This document shows positions 8,780 to 17,501 of a stretch of DNA of 56,914 bases, one piece after another (positions within the stretch are counted from its first letter, which is position 1; the number at the start of each line of letters is the position of its first letter). The DNA comes from an uncultured Gammaproteobacteria bacterium (GTDB lineage Bacteria > Patescibacteriota > Microgenomatia > PFEM01 > DATLAM01). The DNA lies in assembly GCA_964566925.1 (NCBI GenBank), contig CAZMIZ010000006.1, forward strand, positions 1-56,914. The letters run 5' to 3'. Position numbers and translations under genes: made by a program. Under the pieces are notes generated by a model. That model saw nothing but the letters and a program-made list of their open reading frames with translations, ran no database searches and was not told the origin of the DNA.

Positions 8780-9555
8780 TTTACTTTAAACTGCTTCCTA
8801 GCCTCGGGCCATTTATCCTTGTAGATATGCATGGAAACCGAGAAATGGGTATAGGTGCCGGTTTTGACCCCAATCCCATCAGCCAGGTATTTTTGGAGGG
8901 CAGTGAAAGCAAAAGCATTGCCTGGCCAGGCATTATATAAATCGTTCGTTTTCATCACCACAAACAGGTGAAGTCGCTTATCCACCAATTGGGGGTAAGC
9001 CAAGACGAGACAAGGAGAAGAAGTTTCCTCCCGTCGAGGCCCAAATTTCATCAGGTCCCGGTAGGGAATCCAGGTGTGCATCACCACCGTTCGCCGGGTT
9101 GGGTCTTTTTTCAAAGTCTTGATGGCCGCCTCCACCTGATCAATTCGCCTAACCACACATTTTTCGTCGGCCACAATCTTTTTAACCTGGAGCGTCAATT
9201 CTTTTTCGTCCGCCGAAACCGCTGGCAACCAAGCCCGAACCTTACAATCTGGATAACAACGAAGGCGCGAATGATAGGTGTATTCAAACTCTTTTTCTTT
9301 TTCTGGATCAGGATAGCCGTTAATTAGGGTTTCAGCGTATTCCTCCACTGTCTCTCTAGAATCGTCAGCCAGTTTTGAAAGCCGAGGTTCTTTAAAAGGA
9401 TCGCTTACTTTAATGATCATCGGCAGGTCTAAAGTGGCAATCTGGTACTCGGGGGCCTGAACATATCTCTTGTGGCCCTTTTTGAGCACCAATTTGCAAG
9501 CCTTTTCCCAGACCTGACCCAAAGTCTTAGCTTCAACGAGAGTGGTGTCGTACAT
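8776..9555 (-). CDS. thyA: Thymidylate synthase-family enzyme, archaeal-type
   Basis: YTYHSRL, DPTRRTV, SPCL (catalytic Cys), MKTNDL, AWPGN, SMHIY. Confidence 0.82.
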   Translation of the reverse strand: MYDTTLVEAKTLGQVWEKACKLVLKKGHKRYVQAPEYQIATLDLPMIIKVSDPFKEPRLSKLADDSRETVEEYAETLINGYPDPEKEKEFEYTYHSRLRCYPDCKVRAWLPAVSADEKELTLQVKKIVADEKCVVRRIDQVEAAIKTLKKDPTRRTVVMHTWIPYRDLMKFGPRREETSSPCLVLAYPQLVDKRLHLFVVMKTNDLYNAWPGNAFAFTALQKYLADGIGVKTGTYTHFSVSMHIYKDKWPEARKQFKVK

Positions 9556-10113
9556 CTATCTTTCGCCGGTGAAGCGCCAACCTCGCTTCTTTAAAATTAT
9601 CTGGGGGTAGCCTATCCGAACAAAGTTGCGCTTGTCAATCCCCAATTGGGAGAAAATTTGCATAATTTTTTGTTGAGCTTCTTTACCCTTCTCTTTTCCG
9701 GTAATGATCTCCATTTCAATAAAATCTCCTAATCCTTTAATTTGGTCAAGACAAAAAACAATTTTCCCTAACTTCCCTGGGATTCTTTTTTTCTCAAGGA
9801 TTAACGCCAACCCAAAACCCATGGCTTCGATTAACCTTCTTGCTTCTTGGGGGCTATCAATCCCAAATTCATACTCCACCCAAACACCCTTTCTTTCAGT
9901 CAAACCCTTGTAAGCCAGAAAATGCTTGCCGTTCTCACTCCGGATTCTTAAAAGATAGTCACCCGACTTTTGTGATTTTGTCTTAATCGCTTCTCTGTGG
10001 TAAAACAACCAGTCTTTCTGGTTTAAAACCGAGCCGAATTGAGCCCTCATGGCTTTCAGCTTTCGCCTCAGGGTGGAAAGATTTTTAACTTTAGCCTTGA
10101 CCTCTACTTCCAT
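9556..10113 (-). CDS. cyaB: CYTH-domain protein (class IV adenylate cyclase family)
   Basis: MEVEVKAKV ExExK motif, LRIR, LAYKG, LDQIKGLGDFIEME, GY. Confidence 0.88.
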   Translation of the reverse strand: MEVEVKAKVKNLSTLRRKLKAMRAQFGSVLNQKDWLFYHREAIKTKSQKSGDYLLRIRSENGKHFLAYKGLTERKGVWVEYEFGIDSPQEARRLIEAMGFGLALILEKKRIPGKLGKIVFCLDQIKGLGDFIEMEIITGKEKGKEAQQKIMQIFSQLGIDKRNFVRIGYPQIILKKRGWRFTGER

Positions 10114-10118
10114 TTTAA

Positions 10119-11138
10119 TTAAGAAGATTCTGGTTCTCTTAGATCTCTTTCTATTAGCGACAAAAGCATTTGTCGATGCCTCTTTGGATAGTCATTTTTT
10201 GCCTCCCCAGGTCTCTTTTCTAAGTTTTGAACGAAATTATCTATTTGGTCCGGCGTCATTTCTGCCCCGATCTTTCTCGACCAGGCTACCGGAAGCTTCA
10301 CCCCTCTCTGTTCAGACCACTCAATTGCCAAATCCCCTGAAATAAATTCCAAAAACGCTCTTAAATAATCTTCCTCTTCCACCTTCTCCTTTGTTTTGGG
10401 GAATCTTAACTTCCTTATAAGTTCATTCACCCGTTTAAAAATGAACCTTTCGGAAGAAAAAATGCGCCTAATTGATACATCCTTCTCTCTCGCTAATAAA
10501 TGACTGGGGTAAGTATGGGCTCCCCCCATGATAACGACTATCCTTCGCCTGGCCTGTTCTTCTTCAGAACCTGAGAAGATCCTATCCTTAATTTGGTCTA
10601 CCATTACGGTCTCCCGCGCTTCGACTTCTTGTACCGTCGCTTGAATCCAGTCTTTAAATAGGCGATACGCTTTCTTAATCTGACCAGCCTCTTTGACAGT
10701 CGATAGCCGCTCCTCTAACTGCTCTATCCGTTTTCCAAAAGTTTTCGTAACAGGTTCCTCTTCACTAACATCAATTAGAAAAAATTTTTTACCTGTTCCT
10801 CCGATTTTCCTAATCAGCGCCTTAATTATGTCTGGCTCTAAAGGTAATAAATCTGATAACCCCACTGTTGTAGAATGGGCTTTATCTGCGTCATAAGGGG
10901 TGTCTGAGAGTTCATTTATCCGCTTTTCAATTTTTCTTCTCTCTTCGTTGGATAACCCCATCGCTTCCACTAGAATCGTATCCCCTTCTTTTAAGGCGAT
11001 TTCTGCCGATCTAAAAACGTTTTTACTATGCCTCACAAAAATGAAAGTACAGGGTGCTTTAGGGTTCTCTATTTGCTCAGTAGCAACGTCGGGGGGCTCT
11101 GTTTTTCCTGGTTTTTCTAAGTTCGTTTCGCCACTCAT
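10119..11138 (-). CDS. Hypothetical protein (weak ChaN/TraB/EreA-like motif pattern)
   Basis: 339-aa ORF in operon orientation; IFVRH, LVE, RETVM, VVIMGGAH. Confidence 0.55.
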   Translation of the reverse strand: MSGETNLEKPGKTEPPDVATEQIENPKAPCTFIFVRHSKNVFRSAEIALKEGDTILVEAMGLSNEERRKIEKRINELSDTPYDADKAHSTTVGLSDLLPLEPDIIKALIRKIGGTGKKFFLIDVSEEEPVTKTFGKRIEQLEERLSTVKEAGQIKKAYRLFKDWIQATVQEVEARETVMVDQIKDRIFSGSEEEQARRRIVVIMGGAHTYPSHLLAREKDVSIRRIFSSERFIFKRVNELIRKLRFPKTKEKVEEEDYLRAFLEFISGDLAIEWSEQRGVKLPVAWSRKIGAEMTPDQIDNFVQNLEKRPGEAKNDYPKRHRQMLLSLIERDLREPESS

Positions 11139-11140
11139 TT

Positions 11141-12004
11141 TTAATCAAAAAAGCCGAATTCGTCGTCGGCTTGCTTCTTCTTTTTTTTCAAAACTACCGG
11201 TTCGTCTTGAACATAATCAAGGCCATTTTTTAAACAAACCTCTGCCTTAGCTAGTTCTCGGCCTAAATAAGCGGCATGGTCTTTAGCCTCCTTAAAATCA
11301 CCAATCAGTTTCTTATTAATAATAGTATCGGTGATCTCATGGGCTGTTTGGCCGGCAATTTTTAAATCCATTTCAAAATTAGAATTGTAGTGAGCAGCAA
11401 TAATTAATTTCTTCTTTTTATCAATTGTAATCTGGAACGAGCCTTTCGGATCAGTCATATATTGAGCGTCAACTTTCTTGGCTCTCACCATTTTTATTTT
11501 TCGTTTTTTAATCTTAACGACTTTCAATCGCTTGCCGGTAAATTTACCTGGTTTTTTGCGCCAAAGTTCCTCAATCTTAAACTGGATTTTTTGACTATTG
11601 GTTTCGCCTCGCAAATCGACCACTAAAATCTGTTTTCTAAACCTTTCAATTTCCTCAAGGGTTAGATGTTTTAAAAGAGGAATTGAGCCTTTGGAGCCAA
11701 CCACCCTCATTTCTTTATCCACCCCATTCTTGGCTAAAGCTAGAAGAGTTTGGCCAACCGCATGGCCTTTAGAAACTTTACCGCAAACAATCAAAAACCG
11801 AATATTGGGATTGGCGATTAAATTCTTAACAATCCGCTCCACCCCCACGTTTTCGGTCACGCATTTCCCAATCACCGCTATCTTTTCCAGGTCAACCTTA
11901 ATCCCGGAAATAGTGGCTTCAGTACAAACCGCCACCGGAGAATGAGAATTGCCCAACCGATAACGTCCCACCTCAACTGGCCAACTACCCGCCTTTTTTG
12001 CCAT
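11141..12004 (-). CDS. MtrA-like corrinoid-binding protein fused to DUF4346
   Basis: WPVEVGRY.LGNSHSPVAVCT, TENVGVERIVKNLIANPNIRFLIVCG..SKGH.VGQ, IERFRKQ; C-term DPKGSFQI...HAAYLGRELAKAE...YVQD. Confidence 0.88.
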   Translation of the reverse strand: MAKKAGSWPVEVGRYRLGNSHSPVAVCTEATISGIKVDLEKIAVIGKCVTENVGVERIVKNLIANPNIRFLIVCGKVSKGHAVGQTLLALAKNGVDKEMRVVGSKGSIPLLKHLTLEEIERFRKQILVVDLRGETNSQKIQFKIEELWRKKPGKFTGKRLKVVKIKKRKIKMVRAKKVDAQYMTDPKGSFQITIDKKKKLIIAAHYNSNFEMDLKIAGQTAHEITDTIINKKLIGDFKEAKDHAAYLGRELAKAEVCLKNGLDYVQDEPVVLKKKKKQADDEFGFFD

Positions 12005-12022
12005 CTTTCTTTAAAAACTTAA

Positions 12023-13795
12023 TTAAACTTTAAAAACTTTTCTCTCTTTAAACTCGCGCCGCTTTCCCTTATTCCACCATTTCACCGGCCGAAAATAGCC
12101 GACGATCCGCGAATAGACCTCCGTCTCTCGACCACAAGTTGGGCAGCGTTCCTGCTTACCTTTTAACCGGCCATGGTCAGCACAGATGCTAAAGGTAGGC
12201 GTAACCGTAAAATAAGGCAGTTTGGTATTCTCGGCAATCTTCTTGACCAATTTTTTTGTCGTTAGGTAACTGGGCATCTCTTCCCCTAAAAAGCAATGGA
12301 AAACGGTGCCGCCGGTATAAAGCGACTGGACTTCGCTTTGATGAAGTAAGGCCTCCCAAAGATCATCAGTGGCGTCCACTGGTAACTGAGTGGAGTTGGT
12401 TAAATAAGGCGCCTTTTTGGTCCCCGCGGTCACCACCCCCGGGCAAAACTGCTGATCTAAAAGGGCCAATCGATAGGTAGTTGATTCACCAGGAGTCGCC
12501 TCAAGATTATAAAGATGGCCTGTTTCTTTTTGGAATTTAATCAACTTATCGCGCATAAATTTCAAAACCTTAATGATAAACGCTTTTCCTTTTGGCTGAT
12601 CAATCCCCACCCCTAGAAGATTAAGGCAGGCTTCATGGCCCCCGATAATCCCCATGGTGGAAAAATAATTTCTGAAAGTGCCCAAATAAGCTTTGGTATA
12701 AGGCATTAAGCCTTTCTTGAGATTGGCGGTAATCTTTCCTCTCTTAATCTCCAAAGATTCCTTGGCCAATTCCATGTATTTTTCTAACAACTCAAAGAAA
12801 CGTTTTTCCGTCTTTGCCTTAAAAGCAAGTCGGTTAAGATTAATAGTCACGTTGCCAATCGACCCAGTCGAATCACCCTTACCCCAAAGATTGCCTGGCT
12901 GTTGCATCAGCTGTTGCAGGTTTAAGTGCAGACGGCAACACATCGCCCGGATAGATCGAGGATCAAGATTGCTACCAATATAATTTTGAAAGTAGGGTAA
13001 ACCATACTTGGCGGTTAATTGAAACAAAAGTCGGGCATTTTCAGAATCCCAATCAAAATCAGGAGTCAGATTGTAGGTGGGAATGGGAAAGGTAAAAAGT
13101 CTCCCTTTATCGTCACCCTCAAGCATGATTTCCAAGAAGGCTCGGTTAATCAGGTCCATTTCTTTCTGAAAGTCAGCATATTTTTTCTTTTGGGGCTTGC
13201 CGCCAATAATCGCCGGTTCTTTAGCTAAATCTTGGGGAACCACCCAATCAAAGGTGAGATTGGTAAAAGGCATCTCAAATCCCCATTTACTAGGAACGTT
13301 AAGAGAAAAAACGAGCCGCTGGATGTTCTGCTTAACTTTTTCGTAACCTAGCTTATCTTCGGCCACAAAAGGCGCCAGTAAAGTGTCCACCGAAGAGAAA
13401 GCTTGAGCCCCAGCAAATTCATTGTAGGTTGCTCTTAAAAAATTAATCATGTGAATGATGGCGGCATCAAAGTGCCTGGCCGGTCCGGAATCCATCTGCC
13501 CAGGAACATGCCCGAAACCCATTAACAAAAGATTTTTGAGTGACCAGCCAGCACAATAACCAGTTAAACCGTGGGTTAAGTCGTGGATATGGAAACAGCC
13601 TTCCTCATGAGCTTTTTTAATTTTTGGGGGGTAAACTTCATTTAAAGTATAGTTAGCCACAACTGCCCCGGCGGTGTGAAGAACTAGACCGGAAAAGGAA
13701 TAATTCGAATTACTATTAGCTTTTGTTTTCCAGCCATTTTCAGTAAGGTAATCTTCAACTACCTTTTTAACGTTAAGCAATTTCCCGTCTTCCAT
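12023..13795 (-). CDS. nrdD: Anaerobic (class III) ribonucleoside-triphosphate reductase, no ATP cone
   Basis: HIHDL, YCAGW, AMCCRL, NLEATPGEST, YTGGTVFH, CADHG..CPTC, YSRIVGY glycyl-radical loop. Confidence 0.96.
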   Translation of the reverse strand: MEDGKLLNVKKVVEDYLTENGWKTKANSNSNYSFSGLVLHTAGAVVANYTLNEVYPPKIKKAHEEGCFHIHDLTHGLTGYCAGWSLKNLLLMGFGHVPGQMDSGPARHFDAAIIHMINFLRATYNEFAGAQAFSSVDTLLAPFVAEDKLGYEKVKQNIQRLVFSLNVPSKWGFEMPFTNLTFDWVVPQDLAKEPAIIGGKPQKKKYADFQKEMDLINRAFLEIMLEGDDKGRLFTFPIPTYNLTPDFDWDSENARLLFQLTAKYGLPYFQNYIGSNLDPRSIRAMCCRLHLNLQQLMQQPGNLWGKGDSTGSIGNVTINLNRLAFKAKTEKRFFELLEKYMELAKESLEIKRGKITANLKKGLMPYTKAYLGTFRNYFSTMGIIGGHEACLNLLGVGIDQPKGKAFIIKVLKFMRDKLIKFQKETGHLYNLEATPGESTTYRLALLDQQFCPGVVTAGTKKAPYLTNSTQLPVDATDDLWEALLHQSEVQSLYTGGTVFHCFLGEEMPSYLTTKKLVKKIAENTKLPYFTVTPTFSICADHGRLKGKQERCPTCGRETEVYSRIVGYFRPVKWWNKGKRREFKERKVFKV

Positions 13796-13917
13796 GATCG
13801 ATGATTATTTTTCCTTTGATGAATTACCACGGACAGTAGCCGTGGTCTCTGTGTCCAAAATAGCATCCAAATGAAAGCTTGGTCAACTGGTAAAAACTGG
13901 ATCAAAGCAAACCTTTT

Positions 13918-15876
13918 TCACTTTGGCTTTCGCCAAGAAGCCCAGTTGCACTTCGGCCAGTTGGAGCAACCGTAAAACTGCCTTCCCTTCTTGGTTTTCT
14001 TAATCACCACGTCGCCCCCGCATTTCGGACATTTGACGCCTTCCAGTTTGGGGGTATAAGGGGCAGTGTAATCACATTCCGGAAATCGAGAACAAGATAG
14101 AAATTTACCAAATCTCCCAACTCGGATAACTAATTTACCCTTTTTACATTTCGGACAATTTTCCTCGGTCACCTCAGTCGGCACTTGAACCCTTTCCGCT
14201 ACTGCCGTTACCCCGGATATCTTCTCGTCAAAGGGTTGATAAAAATCCCGAATGACCGGCACCCATTTTACTTCGCCGCGGGCAACGGCGTCTAATTTGT
14301 CCTCCATCTGGGCGGTGAACTCATAATTGACAATGTCTGGAAAATATTCAACCAGAAAATCATTTACCGTTATTCCGAGGGGGGTCGGCTGAAAGCGTCC
14401 CTCAACTTTCTCGACATACTGCCGTCCCTGAATGGTCGAAACAATGGGTGCATAAGTCGATGGCCGGCCAATACCGCGCTCTTCAAGAGCTTTAATCAGC
14501 GTTGCTTCCGAGTATCTCGGCGGCGGTTGGGTAAACTTTTGCTCGGAATTAATTTTAATCAGGTCCAACTCGTCGCCTTTTTCCAGCTCGGGCATCGCTT
14601 CTTCTTTGTTTTGGACCCCACCGTAAATCTTTAGCCAACCATCAAACTTAATTACTTTTCCTTCAGCCATTAAAAGATAAATGTTCTTCTTACCAGCGGC
14701 TTGAACTAAAACCTTGGTTTGATCCCAAATAGCCGCTTTCATCTGGGAAACAATGGCTCTTTTCCAAATTAAATCATAAAGTTTTTCTTCGTCTCTTGTC
14801 CGATGTTTGACGCTTGATGTTTGCTTGGTCGGATCAGTCGGTCTGATTGCCTCGTGAGCCTCTTGAGCTACCTTTGACTTGGTTTTATAAAACAGGGGAT
14901 TCTCCGGGAGATACGGATTACCAAAAGTAGTCTTGATATATTGGCGAATCATCTCGATGGCTTCTTGAGACAGGACAACCGAGTCTGTCCGGTGATAAGT
15001 AATTAAGCCCTTCTCATATAAAGATTGGGCGACACGCATGGTTCTTTTACTAGAAAAGCGGAGAGTTGAAGCCGCTCTCTGTTGAAGGGTTGAGGTGGTA
15101 AAAGGAGGTGATGGCCTCTGCTTAACTTCCTTCTTCTTCACTTCGCCTACTTCATAACCAGCCTTTTTGAGTTCGGTGACAATCTCTTTGGCGGTTACCT
15201 CGTCTTCCACTTTAGCTTTCTGGCCGTTGATTTTTGCCAACTTGGCGAAAAAGCTCGGGACATCCGGCCGCTTCCCCCCCAGATGGCGCCTTAATTCGGT
15301 AATAATCTCCCAATATTCCTCGGGAACAAATTTCTCAATCTCTCTTTCTCGATCAACAATGAGACGAACCGCTACTGACTGAACTCGGCCTGCCGAAAGG
15401 CCGCGCCGAATCTTCCGCCAGAGGAGGGGCGAAAGTTTATAACCTACCAATCGGTCCAAAATCCGTCGGGCTTGTTGGGCATCGACTAATTGAAGATTGA
15501 TTTTGCCAGGTTGAGCCAGGGCTTTTTCAATCGCCGACTTAGTAATTTCATGGAAGACGATTCGGGCAAGATGATCCTCTTTTTTGCCTAATATCGTGGC
15601 CACGTGATAAGCAATCGCTTCTCCCTCCCGATCCGGGTCGGTGGCCAGATAAATCTTCTTGGCCGCTTTAGCCGCTTTTTTCAGCTCACTGACTACCTCT
15701 TTCTTCCCGGCCACCAATAAATAATCTGGCTTAAAATCGTGCTCGACATCCACGCCGAGCTTCTTCTTAGGTAGATCCCGGATATGTCCCATGGTGGAAG
15801 TAATCCGGTAATCGTTGCCCAAGAATCGAGTTAAGGTTTTGGCCTTAGTTGGTGATTCAACGATGATTAAATCCAT
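13918..15876 (-). CDS. topA: DNA topoisomerase I
   Basis: LIIVESPTKAK, ATDPDREGE, SAGRVQS, LITYHRTDS, C-terminal zinc ribbons. Confidence 0.98.
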   Translation of the reverse strand: MDLIIVESPTKAKTLTRFLGNDYRITSTMGHIRDLPKKKLGVDVEHDFKPDYLLVAGKKEVVSELKKAAKAAKKIYLATDPDREGEAIAYHVATILGKKEDHLARIVFHEITKSAIEKALAQPGKINLQLVDAQQARRILDRLVGYKLSPLLWRKIRRGLSAGRVQSVAVRLIVDREREIEKFVPEEYWEIITELRRHLGGKRPDVPSFFAKLAKINGQKAKVEDEVTAKEIVTELKKAGYEVGEVKKKEVKQRPSPPFTTSTLQQRAASTLRFSSKRTMRVAQSLYEKGLITYHRTDSVVLSQEAIEMIRQYIKTTFGNPYLPENPLFYKTKSKVAQEAHEAIRPTDPTKQTSSVKHRTRDEEKLYDLIWKRAIVSQMKAAIWDQTKVLVQAAGKKNIYLLMAEGKVIKFDGWLKIYGGVQNKEEAMPELEKGDELDLIKINSEQKFTQPPPRYSEATLIKALEERGIGRPSTYAPIVSTIQGRQYVEKVEGRFQPTPLGITVNDFLVEYFPDIVNYEFTAQMEDKLDAVARGEVKWVPVIRDFYQPFDEKISGVTAVAERVQVPTEVTEENCPKCKKGKLVIRVGRFGKFLSCSRFPECDYTAPYTPKLEGVKCPKCGGDVVIKKTKKGRQFYGCSNWPKCNWASWRKPK

Positions 15877-15881
15877 AATTT

Positions 15882-15953
15882 AGTAAAGACAGTAACTCAG
15901 TAATTCAGTAACTCAGTAAAGTCAGTAACCCAGTAACTCAGTAAAGTCAGTGA
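15882..15953 (+). repeat. Tandem micro-repeat array, 8-9-nt unit (C)AGTAA(CT/TT/AGT/CC), 9 units
   Basis: AGTAA at 15882, 15891, 15899, 15907, 15915, 15924, 15932, 15940 and AGTGA at 15949. Confidence 0.95.
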
Positions 15954-16325
15954 CTATTTAAATCTACTAACTATCGTAGCAAAAATTTTGGTAAATTCCA
16001 TCGCTTCTTTTCTAAGAGCATTAATTTCCTTCTTTAAATCCGGATTAAGCTCTAAAAGCAATTTTAGCCAATATTCCGTCTCCCTGGATTCTTTTTTGGC
16101 AATTTTGATTTTATGAACAAAGTCTTTAGCGCTTTCTGCTTCACAAGCCTCTCGATAGTTGGCCCCGACCGATGTCCCAGATCGAATAAGCTGAACAATC
16201 AATGGTTTATTAAGAGAATCTTTGGGAAATCTCTGTACCAATCTAAGTATTTTCTTGGCAAACTCTAAAGTTCTCTCAAGAAGTTTTTGATTGGCTTTCT
16301 TTCTGTCAAAGTCCTTCCTCACCAT
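15954..16325 (-). CDS. Four-helix-bundle protein (23S rRNA intervening-sequence protein / Avd-like)
   Basis: QLIRSGTSVGANYREA..AES.KDFVHKIKIAKKESRETEYWL. Confidence 0.92.
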   Translation of the reverse strand: MVRKDFDRKKANQKLLERTLEFAKKILRLVQRFPKDSLNKPLIVQLIRSGTSVGANYREACEAESAKDFVHKIKIAKKESRETEYWLKLLLELNPDLKKEINALRKEAMEFTKIFATIVSRFK

Positions 16326-16343
16326 AATTGTCCTTTATTTTCC

Positions 16344-16391
16344 TTACTCTTCTCTGTTTTTACTGGCTTTACTGGCTTTATTATCTTTACT
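16344..16391 (+). repeat. Micro-repeat array TTTACTGGC x2 plus TTACT units, inverted relative to 15882-15953
   Basis: TTACT at 16344, 16360, 16369, 16387; reverse complement TAAAGCCAGTAAAGCCAGTAAA matches left-array AGTAAAGTCAGTAA. Confidence 0.8.
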
Positions 16392-17499
16392 TATTTATTA
16401 TATAAACCATTCCGCCTAAGTTTTTTACTTTCCCTTTAATTTCCATTAAACTCATTATACTGGCCACTTGACCAGTTTCAAGTCCTGATTCCCGAACAAG
16501 TTGGTCCAAATGTTTTGCTTCGTCCTGAATAAGTGCTAAAAGCCTTTCTTCTTCTGGCGATTCCGGCAAAATTTTTCTTGATTCATATTTTTTAATTCTT
16601 GATTCTAAATTTAATCTCTCCAAAATATCATTAACATTAGAGACTAACTTTGCCCCCATCTTGATCAGATCCGCCGGTGCGGCCGACATTTGACTGGTGA
16701 TCGGCCCCGGAACCGCAAAAACCTCCCGCCCTTGGGCCGCTGCATGAGAGGCGGTAATTTTAGCCCCGCTTCTGGGGGCCCCTTCGGTCACCAAAACACC
16801 TAAAGATAAACCGGAAATAATTCTGTTTCTGGCCGGAAAAAGACCTTTGACTGGCGTCATCCCTAAGGGAAATTCGGAAACCACCGCCCCCTGGCCGGAG
16901 TTAACAATTTTTTCGACCAATCTTAATCTGCCCACCGGTGAGATGTGGTCCAACCCTGAAGCCAAAACACCAACTGTTCTCCCATCCACAGATAAAGCCA
17001 TTTCGTGGGCAACGCTGTCAACTCCATAGGCCAAACCAGAAACAATCGTCATTCCCGCCGCCACCAATTCTGAAACTAAAGCTTCGGTTGCCTGACGACC
17101 ATAACCAGTTATTCTTCTGGTTCCCACCACGGCTAAAGCCAGCTCATCCTCGGGTTTTAACTCTCCTTTTACGTAAAGAACAAATGGTGCATCATCGATC
17201 TTTTTAAGGTTCTCTGGGTAACCATTATCCTCTAAAGTTTTTGCCTTAATTTCGTTTTCACGCAACCGAAGAAAATACGAAGAGAAATCAAAGGATTTCC
17301 GGAATTTCAAAAAGCTTTCAACTAGGTTCGGACTAAGCCCAGCTTTTAACAGCTGTTTCTTATTCGCCCCCCACGCTTTTTTGGCTGAACCAAAATAATT
17401 TCTTAAAAGAGCAAATCTTTTCGGCCCAATCCCCTGGAAAACATTAAACCCCAACCAATAAAGCCTGTCCCGGTCAGATTTTTTTAAGCGCCTTTTCAT
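16387..17499 (-). CDS. dprA: DNA-processing protein DprA
   Basis: LAVVGTR, IVSGLAYGVDS.AH, FPARNRIISGLS, C-terminal winged helix; upstream of topA. Confidence 0.96.
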   Translation of the reverse strand: MKRRLKKSDRDRLYWLGFNVFQGIGPKRFALLRNYFGSAKKAWGANKKQLLKAGLSPNLVESFLKFRKSFDFSSYFLRLRENEIKAKTLEDNGYPENLKKIDDAPFVLYVKGELKPEDELALAVVGTRRITGYGRQATEALVSELVAAGMTIVSGLAYGVDSVAHEMALSVDGRTVGVLASGLDHISPVGRLRLVEKIVNSGQGAVVSEFPLGMTPVKGLFPARNRIISGLSLGVLVTEGAPRSGAKITASHAAAQGREVFAVPGPITSQMSAAPADLIKMGAKLVSNVNDILERLNLESRIKKYESRKILPESPEEERLLALIQDEAKHLDQLVRESGLETGQVASIMSLMEIKGKVKNLGGMVYIINK

Positions 17500-17501
17500 T
17501 T

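Noticed and set aside
11141-12004. Methanogenesis or archaeal origin of the contig
   Set aside because: Only a soluble MtrA-like domain is present, and all translation genes are bacterial.
15882-15953. CRISPR array
   Set aside because: Units are 8-9 nt with no unique spacers, and there are no cas genes.
15954-16325. Diversity-generating retroelement (four-helix proteins are Avd-like)
   Set aside because: No reverse transcriptase and no TR/VR pair differing at adenines near either four-helix gene.
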